64,000 bases of DNA from Octopus sinensis. Taxonomy: Eukaryota. The position numbers were made by a program, and so were the translations under genes. Location: contig NC_043006.1 of assembly GCF_006345805.1 (NCBI RefSeq), forward strand, positions 90,582,001-90,646,000, in the 5' to 3' direction. The stretch's first letter is position 1. Each line of letters opens with the position of its first letter. This document shows, one piece after another, positions 29,705 through 40,644 of this stretch. The notes under the pieces were generated by a model. It made no database searches, was not told the DNA's origin, and was given only the letters and a program-made list of their open reading frames with translations.

Positions 29705-30376
29705 CAAAAACGAAAACTATAATCATTTATAGATATGGCTAGGGTGTGTCTATACTGACCGGTTGGTCAGTTTCGACAATTTCCATGGCTTCATCACTAA
29801 GGACTGGCTCGACTTGGGCAGATTCCGGACGTAAGTCTGTGTCCGTATACGTTTCCACCATAAAAATCTATGGGTCATTTAGCGATTCGCTAATGTGAAT
29901 GCAGAAAATTAATTTAGACAACACTGTTCGATGTTTTATGAACAAGAAAAGCTAAAGTTGTCACTAAATATGACTTGGGTGTTAGAAACACCTACATTGC
30001 TAGAAATAAGAGCTAAAAGGCTCTGTGTGTGTGTATATATATATACACATACAATTATGTCCTATGACTAGAGCATTTTAGCTCTTATTTGTAGCAATGT
30101 AGGTGTTTATAACACCCGAGTCATGTTTAGTGACAATTATATGTATCTACTTACATGAATGCCCTCATGGCATTTTCTTGTCAATCTGATTCATTAGTTA
30201 TCACGTAGGAGATATATTTGGATTCGATATTCTCTACATTGCTTCTGCATTTCTCTTTCTGACTTTTCAAAACTATATTGACGGAATATCCGGTGTTGAT
30301 TTCAGATATCTGTGACTGCCATTCCTCTTGTTATAAATTGGAGGCAAAAATTACATCATAACTTGGATATGTTGCC
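29705..30376 (-). pseudogene. Candidate two-exon remnant of an unidentified protein-coding gene (exons 30155-30376 and 29705-29889)
   Basis: Both segments end in GTAAGT donors, have AG acceptors and are phase-compatible (2/2). The joined frame reads ...QEEWQSQISEINTGYSVNIVLKSQKEKC...NAMRAFIESLNDP*IFMVETYTDTDLRPESAQVEPVLSDEAMEIVE..., with 5 in-frame stops in 134 codons. Confidence 0.35.
29958..30136. mobile_element. Hairpin MITE, 67-bp arms around a (TG)(TA) spacer
   Basis: 29958-30024 versus 30070-30136 reverse complement, 5 mismatches. Confidence 0.8.
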
Positions 30377-32226
30377 CTTTACATAAAAAAAAAAGTACTG
30401 AATAGCTCAAAATATTGTTCTTTGCTTAGCAATTATGTAATTATTCTGAATCCGACTGTACTGCTGCCGAGGTACTCGATGTATACTCTGCTATTTAATT
30501 CCGGCTATGTTTCCACAAAAATAAATTTCAAAATTTTACGGAATTTACCGAATGCCGTATGCCGAGCTGCGCGCAAACGCCTTCCAGTCAAAACGAAAGA
30601 TTGTTTAAGTTCCGAGTTTTCCTGCTTCCGTAGTCAATTCAGAAAATTATATGCCACAGAAGAAACCCAATAAATATTTTTGGACAGAATTTTTATATAT
30701 ATGTGTGGGTGTACTTATATTTTTTCACTCACTTTTAGATCAAAGAACCTAATTATTGAAAGAAGTAGATGCACTGCTTTGGTTGCACGATTTAGAATTT
30801 TTACCATATTATCCGTATGTTATTCCTCGTTAGTTAATCGGAACCTGTTGGGATTTATTTTATTCAATTTATTTGAAGAATCTTGACCAATATCATTTTG
30901 CTACTAGCGATAATTCTCCAATTCATTAGAATATCATCAGACAAACTTTGCTTTTTTGTAAAATTTTATATTCGTTTGGCGCTTTTTTTTTTAATTCTCT
31001 TTATTGACAAGTAAAAAGATGTACAAACAATTAACTTGAATGTTAGCTCATTAGGTTTTGCAATTACTATTAATTTATTTTAAATCATTAACTAACATCG
31101 AGACGAATCTAAAAAGGTTTAGCCGAAGTAATTTGTTACATAATTGTCTTCAATGGCAATCAAAAGCTATCCTGTGTATGATTTAATGATAAATTGGTAA
31201 TGAAACTAATTATATAACCTGCATAGGACATAATTTTATGGTATTCTGTAATAACTTTTACATAAAGACTGAATTTTATTTTTATAGACTTTTGTTTTAA
31301 GAGATAATTTTATATCACATACGTTTCATTAGGCCGCTGACAGTTGGTGCTATAAAATTTAACTGAAATTTCTTATGCACAACTCGATGTACTGGCTGTT
31401 GTTTAACCCCAGGTCGCCTCTGATGAGTAGATTTGTATCACCCATTCCTGTCTTCGTCATCCTTTTTTTTCCCATTGTTTCAAGCCATGTGCATCAAAGA
31501 AAACATTATCCAAAGTGTACTGATGGTAAATCATTATGGTATAATAGGAAGACTTGGCTGTTATTTCTAGAAAGCTGGATGAACGCATAAAAGCTCTCTG
31601 ATTATATATTGATATAATCTGTTCTTTTTAGGTAACGAGAATAGAACAAGACCTTATCATAACATTGTTCAGTTGAAAGTATTTTTCAATGTAGACAATC
31701 GTCTGCTCTGTAAGCACACAGTTCTTTAACGTTCCCGTTACTAAGTTCAAATCTATATGTGGTCATTACAATAACTACCAATAGTAATGTGTCAGATTGA
31801 TTAACTCTTGTCTCGTTTTCAAATAAAAACATTGATTTTATTGGAAATCAATATTTAATTATTCTAAGCAATTTGCATATATATACATTTTATGCATGTG
31901 TGCGCCCGAACTATTACTACTATACTTGATATTAGATTAGGAAATATAAAATTCATTTCTTGTATTGACTTACGTTTATGATTCGTTCACTTACAGCAAA
32001 TCAAGCCAGTTTATATATATATCGCATATATATATATATATATATCGTATAGATATATTGTGTGTTTCGAAGGAAACACACTTTGAGTCGAACCAGGGAC
32101 AGCTGATGAAGGGGAATTTTCCTTGTATTGTTTGTCCTGTACTCTGTTTTGTGGTTGTTTAAAAAAAGTCCGTTTGATTTTATGTTTTCGACTCTCGTGT
32201 TCTACGTTTATTTGTGGTGTCCTATA

Positions 32227-32227
<1 letters not shown>

Positions 32228-32306
<79 letters not shown>

Positions 32307-32448
32307 TTATGCATGTATATATATATTTATGCATGTATATATACATGTAGATGTAAGTATGTACATATATGTATGTATATATGCATATATTTTATTTATT
32401 TATTATATTATTATATGACCGAACGCACGCGTTATTTTTCTCCTCCAA

Positions 32449-32481
<33 letters not shown>

Positions 32482-32546
32482 ATATATATATATTGTATAT
32501 CTTTATATTGTATGTATATATATATATATATATTGTATATCTTTAT

Positions 32547-32590
<44 letters not shown>

Positions 32591-32950
32591 TATATATATA
32601 TATATTTGTATATATATATTATATATATATTGTATATATATTTTGTATATTATATATATTTTGTATATATTATATATATATATTGTATATATTATATATA
32701 TATTGTATATATTGTATATATATTTTGTATATATATTATATATATATATTATATATTATATATATTATATATATTGTATATATATTTTGTATATATATTA
32801 TAATATATATATTGTATATATTATATATTGTATATATATTTTGTATATATATATTTTTTTTTTATATATATATATATATTGTATATATTATATATTATAT
32901 ATATTTTGTATATATATTATATATATTTTCTATATATATATTGTATATAT
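32228..32950. repeat. (TA)n / TATTG compound microsatellite
   Basis: Directly visible. Confidence 0.95.
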
Positions 32951-32985
32951 CTATAAAATAATTTCTTACAATTACTCAATAGTCA

Positions 32986-33049
32986 GGATAAAACTCCTGA
33001 GTTTCAGATGCCGAAGTGGAAATCCACAACACCATCTCTTCGGTTATAT
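32986..33049 (-). ncRNA. Degenerate hammerhead ribozyme copy in the left (inverted) terminal repeat
   Basis: Reverse complement of the 34741-34803 motif, with core CCGAAGA, TGAAA and a mismatched stem I. Confidence 0.5.
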
Positions 33050-34740
33050 GGCCATCTGAAAAACGCTATGAAAAAATACCGTTATATAAAGGGAAATTAC
33101 TGTGTTATAATTCCGCTACTTATATAAATTAAGTTTAAAAGTTCATAGTAAACACGTAAACATGGCCACTCATATGCTCACATGTGCGCTTGCGGACCCA
33201 TGTGCGTACTTATATGTCACTATGAAAACGTACACATCTTCACTTGCATTTTTCGCCAAATGTATACGCATATATATACAAACTCATACACACACACGCG
33301 TACCGTAAAAGTTCATACATACGTCTATATACGCACAAGCACAAGAAAAAACATGGTTAAAGGTAACAGAAAAAAACCTAAGGAAGTATACAAAGCGTAT
33401 GCCATCCCCCTATAGTATTCAAAAATTTAGTTAAAAATATTAGTAAGAGAATTAACCATACTTATAGGAAACTCTTTAATAAACACAATTTAAAAATTAG
33501 TTTTAGTTCAACTACCAATTTTAAAAATATAATCACACATAACACACAAAAGCCACAACAAGAAAGCAGCTGTTCATGCAGGAATAAAAAATTGTGCCCG
33601 CTAAATGCAGCTTGCATGTCCGAGACCATCATCTATGAAGCTACCGTGGACTCTATAACCACTAAAGACACCGTTTCGATGAAGAAATACGTGGGCCTTA
33701 CGGAGGGTAATTTCAAGGCCAGGTTCAATAACCACATCTTCAGTTTTAGGCACTGGAACAAAAGAAAAGCGACAAAGTTATCTAATCATATTTAGTCATT
33801 AAAAGATAAAGGTGTCAATTATAATATCCATTGGAAGATTTTGGCCAAATGTAACCCGTACACCAACGGCAGCGGAAAGTGCGGTCTATGCGACATGGAG
33901 AGATGGCTTATCTGGAAAAGCTGCTTAGACCCTACTACATGTCTAAACTCAAGGACAGCACTTTTCGGATCATGCCCACATGTGACAAAATAGTATGTCC
34001 AAAAAAGTTTTTTTATCTCATTATACCTTTTATTATTTCATATATTTTTATATTTTCACACATAATAATTTTTTCTGTACTCTTCCATCCTGCATTTTTT
34101 CCTGTACCTATATAGACGTGTATATAGCTTCTTTTGTACATGTATGTGAATATGTATGAGTGGGCAGTTCTAGATGTGTGCGTGTGTGCGGGCATAAGAA
34201 TGCATATATATATAGACGTTTTTACTTAGTATTTTTACAATTTTTTTAGGTTTTTGGGGGGCTTATGTATATTCATTTTTTGTGTATGCGTGTATGTGTA
34301 TGCGTATATAATCATGTGCGGGTATGTACATATATGGGTGTGTGTGTGTATGAGTGCATAAGGGCATGTCCGTATATGAACGTGGTTTTTATGCTTTGTA
34401 TATTTCCTTATATTTTTTTGTTATCTTTAACCATGTTTGTTCTTGTGCTTGTGCGTATATAGACATATGTATGAACTTCTATGGTACGCGTGTGTGTGTA
34501 TGAGTTTGTATATATATATATGCGTATACATTTGGCGAAAAATGCGAGTGAAGATGTGTACGTTTTCATAGTGACGTATAAGTACGTATGTGGGTCCGCT
34601 AGTGCACATGTGAGCATATGAGCAGCCATGATTACGTGTTTACTATGAACTTTTAATCTTAATTTATATAAGTAGCGGAATTATAACACAGTAATTTCCC
34701 TTTATATAACGGTATTTTTTCATAGCGTTTTCAGATGGCC

Positions 34741-34803
34741 AGATAACTGAAGAGATGGTGTTGTGGATTTCCACTTCGGCATCCGAAACTCAGAGTTTTA
34801 TCT
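34741..34803 (+). ncRNA. Type I hammerhead ribozyme in the right PLE terminal repeat
   Basis: Stem I AGATAA/TTATCT; core CTGAAGA (34747-34753); stem II GATG...CAT[C]C enclosing a GTGG-ATTT-CCAC hairpin; GAAA (34785-34788); stem III ACTC-A-GAGT; predicted GUU cleavage after 34797. Confidence 0.75.
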
Positions 34804-34895
34804 TGACTATTGAATAATTGTACATATTATTTTATATATATATTATATATATATATATAATATATATATAATATATATATTATATATATATATAT

Positions 34896-34930
<35 letters not shown>

Positions 34931-35099
34931 GCAATTAAGGACAACTACTTAATAAGGAAAACTTAACAAGAAATTGTCAGGTAGATAGCGTAAAAACCTC
35001 ATAAGAGAAAAATTTCGAAAATAATTATTTCTTATTGAACATATCAGTTAGCTGATCGGCTTAAGCGAGGCAGGGTCGTTGTTTATTTATAATACATTC

Positions 35100-35147
35100 A
35101 GGCCTGCTGATGATTACGTAAGTATGAAATCACTGTGATACAGGTCT
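35100..35147 (+). ncRNA. Minimal type I hammerhead ribozyme in a second repeat family (34930-35150)
   Basis: Stem I AGGCCTG/CAGGTCT (7 bp, one G-U); core CTGATGA; stem II T-TAC(GTAA)GTA-T; GAAA; stem III ATCAC-T-GTGAT; predicted AUA cleavage after 35140. The closing pair of stem II is U-U. Confidence 0.72.
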
Positions 35148-35291
35148 ATATTTTTAAATGTCTTACTTTGAAAAATTGCATTCGGTGGGATTAGTAATAT
35201 TTTTGGTAGAAATGACTGATTGTCCCTCTTAGCGTTTGGCATGTATGTATAATGCCCCCCTCTAATATAATATATATATATATATATTATA

Positions 35292-35322
<31 letters not shown>

Positions 35323-35361
35323 ATTATATATATATATATATTATATATATTATATATTATA

Positions 35362-35728
35362 TACTAGCAGTATCGCCCGGCATTGCTCAGGTTTGTAAGG
35401 GAAATAACTATAAAGCATTTTTAGAGAGTTATAGCCAAAAAATAGCAAAAAGATGGAAAAAAATATGGTAAATTTTTTTTTAGTTAAAAAGGTGGAGTTG
35501 CGTTCCCTAGACAGTTTGCGGTTTGTGTTTCTGATTCTCGACCCCATGTCGAATTTATCGATTTTTTCAGAACTGGGGGAACTTTGCAAAATTTTCGCTG
35601 CGTTAGTTTTGAATTATGACATTGGGCTATGTGTGTGTCAAGTTTCATCAGAATCGGTTGAAAGCCGTGGTCAGGGTGAGGGTACAAGAAAACAGACACA
35701 CAGAAACATGCACAGACAAACTGCCGTT

Positions 35729-35733
<5 letters not shown>
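35362..35733. mobile_element. Helentron/Helitron-associated non-autonomous element (DINE-1/HINE-like)
   Basis: Starts TACTAGCAGTATCGCCCGG; contains CAAGTTTCATCAGAATCGG; ends CAGACA..CAGACAAAC...TTTTATAATAT inside TA repeats. This layout is typical of these elements. Confidence 0.6.
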
Positions 35734-35801
<68 letters not shown>

Positions 35802-36172
35802 GTATATATTATATATATATATATATCTTATATATATAATATATATTATACATATATATATATTATATATATATATAATATATATATATATTATATATAT
35901 ATATATAATAATATATATATTATATATATATAATATATATTATATATTATATATTATATAATATATATTATATATATATATATATATATAATATATATTA
36001 TATATATATATATATAATATATATTATATATATATTATATATATAATATATATATATTATATATTATATATAATATATTATATATTATATAATATATATT
36101 ATATATATATATATATATTATATTATATATATATATTATATATATATATATATATATATTATATATTATATA

Positions 36173-36211
<39 letters not shown>

Positions 36212-36562
36212 TATATATATATATTATATATTATATATTATATTATATATATATATTATATATTATATATATATTATATATATATATATATTATATATAT
36301 ATATTATATATTATATATTATATATTATATATATATATTATATATTATATATATACTATTATATATATATATATATATATTATATAATTATATATATAAT
36401 ATATATTATATATATATTATATATCATCATCATCATCATCATCGTTTAGCGTCCGTTTTCCATGCTAGCATGGGTTGGACGGTTCTACTGGGGTCTGTGA
36501 AGCCAGAAGGCTTCATCAGGCCCAGTCAATCTGGCAGGTTTTATATATATTATATTATATAT

Positions 36563-36594
<32 letters not shown>

Positions 36595-37129
36595 AATTAT
36601 ATAATATATATATATATTTTATATTATATATAATAATAAATATTAGGGAATAAATCCAAATTTACAGGGAAAAAATCAGATTTAGGATTAAATCCAATTT
36701 TATAGTATAATATTATAAAATATTATTAGAGACAAAACCACTATTTGCAAAACAAACAAGGAAAGACTTAATCAATACATAAAATTTTAATAATAAAATA
36801 ATATAATATATATATATAGTATATATATATATATATTATATATATAATATATAATATACATATATATAATATATAATATATATATATATATATATTCGAT
36901 ATTATATATATATATATCAGGATAGGATAATATAATAAGATTGTTCATTATCCTATCCTGATATAATATATATAATATCGAAAGCGGATTATTTAAATTT
37001 TATTAAAATTTTATGTATTGATTAAGTCTTTCCTTGTTTGTTTTGCAAAATAGTGGTTTTGTCTCTAATAATATTTTATTATATATAATATATATATTAT
37101 ATATATACGCTTTTACGCTTTTACTTGTT

Positions 37130-37352
37130 TCAGTCATTTGACTACGGCCATGCTGGAGCACCACCTTTAGTTGAGCAAATCGTCCCCGGGACTTATTCTT
37201 TGTAAGCCCAGTACTTATTCTATCGGTCTCTTTTGCCGAACTGCTAAGTGACGGGGATGTAAACACACCAGCATCGGTTGTCAAGCAATGCTAGGGGGAC
37301 AAACACAGACACACAAACACACATATATATATATATATATACATATATACGA
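37130..37352 (-). mobile_element. SINE copy (well preserved)
   Basis: GGCCATGCTGGAGCACCACC...AGTACTTATTCTATCGGTCTCTTTTGCCGAAC...GACAAACACAGACAC; same family as 8330 and 21870. Confidence 0.75.
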
Positions 37353-37433
37353 CAGGCTTCTTTCTTATATTATATATATATATATATATTATATATATAT
37401 ATTATATATTATATATATATATTATATATTATA

Positions 37434-37478
<45 letters not shown>

Positions 37479-37812
37479 ATATTATATATATATATATATT
37501 ATCACATCATATCATCATCGTTTAGCGTCCGCTTTCGATATTATATATATTATAGATATATATATATATTACATATATATATATATATTATATATTATAT
37601 ATTATATATATATATTATATTATATATTATATATTATATATATATATATATTATTATATATATATTATATATATATATATTATATATATTATATATATAT
37701 ATATATATATTATATATTATATATATATTATTATATATATATTATATATATATATATTATATATTATATATTATATATATATATATATATTATATATTAT
37801 ATATATTATATA

Positions 37813-37859
<47 letters not shown>

Positions 37860-37890
37860 TATATATTATATATATATTATATATATATAT

Positions 37891-38409
37891 ATGAAAAGAA
37901 AAGAAAAGAACTATTGCGAGAGGCTTAGGGAACTCAATTTGTACTCCTTGGAACGAAGACGAGAGAGATATGCAGTGATATACATATGGAAAATCCTGGA
38001 GGGACTAGCACCAAATTTTGGAATTGAGAGCTGTTCCAATCCCCGTACAGGTCGTCACTGTGTGGTGCCAAAGGTCCCGTCTTCCACATCCAGGGTAAGG
38101 AGCAGATACTGTAATAGCCTGGGGTTCAGGGGCCCTCAGCTGTTCAACAAACTGCCAAGAAAACTAAGAGATCTACATGATGCGGATGTGGACATTTTCA
38201 AAAAACATCTAGACAAGCTGCTTTCCGGGATCCCAGATGAACCCACTGCAAGGTACGAAGGTAACCTAAGGGCAGCAGCTACAAACTCTCTCTTAGATCA
38301 GTGGCCAGCCACGGCAAACTGGACTTAGAGAGGGTAGCAACAAGGGCGGTGCCCCAGCATGGCCTCAGCCGGATGGCTGAAACAAGTAAAAGAGTAAAAG
38401 AGTAAAAGA
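37891..38409 (+). mobile_element. CR1-like LINE 3' end with uninterrupted frame and (AGTAAAAG)n tail, inserted in (TA)n
   Basis: YCERLRELNLYSLERRRERYAVIYIWKILEGLAPN...NSLGFRGPQLFNKLP...FKKHLDKLL..IPDEP...ATNSLLDQ; stop at 38326-38328. Confidence 0.88.
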
Positions 38410-39359
38410 TATATTATATATGTATATATATATATATTATATATATATTATATATATATATTATATATATATATATATTATATATATATAATATATTATA
38501 TTATATTATATATATATTATATTATATATATATATAATTATATTATATATATTATAATATTATATATAATATATATATATATATATTATATTATATATAT
38601 ATATATCAATATTTATATATATATATTATATTATATATATATATATATATTATTTAATTATATATATATATTATATATATAATATATATATTATATTATA
38701 TATATATATATATTATATTATATATAATATATATTATATTATATATATATATATATATCATATTATATATATATATATATTATATTATATATATATATAT
38801 TATATTATATATATATATATATTAATATATATATATATATTATATTATATATATATATATATTATATTATTATATATATATTATATTATATATTATATAT
38901 ATATATAATTATAATATATATATATTATATTATATATATATATTATATTATATATATATATATATTATATTATATATATATATATTATATTATATATATA
39001 TTATATTATATATATATATATATTATATTATATTATATTATATATAATATATATTATATTATATATATATATAATATATATTATATATATACATATATAT
39101 ATAATATATATATATATTATATTGTATTATATTATATTGTTGGCATCCTTTTTTTCTGGGAGACAATATATATATATTATATTATATATATATATATATT
39201 ATATATATTATATATATATTGTATTATATTATATTGTTGGCATCCTTTTTTTCTTGGGAGACAATATATATATATTATATTAATATATATATATATATAA
39301 TATATATATATAGATATATATTATACATATATATATCATCATCATCATCGTTTAACACC

Positions 39360-40570
39360 ACTCACTGCCTTTGTGTCCTAATTTCTCTTTAGTCTCTGTT
39401 CTAGTCCTTCTATTTCCGCTCTTACTATCACTCAATGACAACACTCTTGGTAACATTTTTTCACTGGGGGAGGGGTTTTCTAAGTTCTGTGGTGGCCGCT
39501 CTTATTTTCTTTTTCTTTTTTTCTGTGGGGAAAGGGGGCATGTGGGTTTGGTGTCTCTATAGGGAGGGTGGGATGGAGTTGGACTGGGGTACCACATCAT
39601 ACCGAGTGTTCTTTCTTTTCTTCCTGTTCTTCCTTCTACTCTCTGTTACTATCCATTCTTTCTCCCTTCCTCTGTCTCTCTTTTATTCCTCCCTTTTCTC
39701 CTCCGTCTCCACGACTGCTTCATCTGTTGTTTTCTCCTGTAGAGGGCAGTGTGCTCTAATGTGGCCCTTTTGGCCACATTTAAAACAACGTTGGACTCTG
39801 CCCTCCACCCACAGTCTTAACACAATTTCTCCCAATGTCACTGTCTCTGCCTGACTCTCTAGTTGCTTCTCCAGTGATTTCCTCTCCATCCCACTTCCAT
39901 TTCTGTGGCTTGGAGGACAGCCACATCCTCCTCACAACGAGGACGGCTGCCGTGACCCAAGCCACTTCTATGTCAGGTGGGATTGCTACCACCCTTATCT
40001 TGGAAGTCTTTCTTCCAAGATATGTGGGCAGAAGCACCACCTCTTTCCCGTCATCGCTACCACTCTCACCAGCCTCCTCGCCTCCTCCACTGTCCTAAAC
40101 TGGATGACCACTATCCCGTATTTACATCCTTTGGTTATGTACATAATTTGGTTCGACTGTTTCCTTAGCACTTTTTCTATTATTTCCGCTTCCACCTGTT
40201 CAGTCTTTTTGTTCTTCAGTGAGTGCACCCTATAGATGATAGCTTTCCTCTCCATTTGCTCTGTAATTCTTTTAGGGGCGACAACTTCACGTTGCCGCAC
40301 ACTTTCTGCATCATTTTTCCATATCCCTTTAGTTCAGCTAAGTCTACCTCCTTTCTCTTCACCTCTGCAGCCTCAGAAAATCTTCTTGTTCTCTCCAATA
40401 TTTCGTCCATTCTTCTCACTGCTTTCACCGGCTCTTCCTCCGTTGAAGACAACTTAGACGTGGTAAGGTCTGAATACATTTTCTCTAATCCGCTGCCAAG
40501 CAGCACAAAAATTCTGTCCAACTCTCAAAAAAACAAACCAGCAACTAAATCAATGTATGCACACTAACCG
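39360..40570 (-). mobile_element. Frameshifted gag-like ORF1 of a non-LTR element (Tx1/L1-like) with a CCHC zinc knuckle
   Basis: Overlapping minus ORFs 40216-40521, 39995-40300, 39780-40040 and 39683-39889 chain into coiled-coil, RRM-like (IRVVAIPPDI) and CFKCGQKGHIRAHC segments. Confidence 0.75.
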
Positions 40571-40612
40571 GAAGCAAGCTCCTTACCACACAGCTACGCC
40601 TGTGCCTATATA

Positions 40613-40644
<32 letters not shown>

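Larger units (their letters stand above)
32952..34836 (+). mobile_element. Penelope-like retroelement remnant (RT thumb-linker-GIY-YIG endonuclease) between inverted ~445-bp terminal repeats
   Basis: The frame from 33403 reads HPPIVFKNLVKNISKRI...KLFNKHNLKISFS...CSCRNKKLCPLNAACMSETIIYEATV...KYVGLTEGNFKARFNNHIFSF...TKLSNHI*SLKDKGVNYNIHWKIL.KC.PY....KC.LC, the PLE GIY-YIG signature. 32952-33396 and 34393-34836 are reverse complements. Confidence 0.9.
35734..39340. repeat. Series of (TA)n/(TATAT)n arrays interrupted by mobile-element fragments
   Basis: Arrays at ~35734-36420, 36540-36640, 36800-36915, 37355-37890 and 38410-39335. Confidence 0.93.

Noticed and set aside
32050-32140. CTGATGA with upstream GAAAC, resembling a permuted hammerhead
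   Set aside because: No GAAA follows stem II in type I order, and no stem I hairpin forms in type II order. It is part of a dispersed repeat, but the fold is unsupported.
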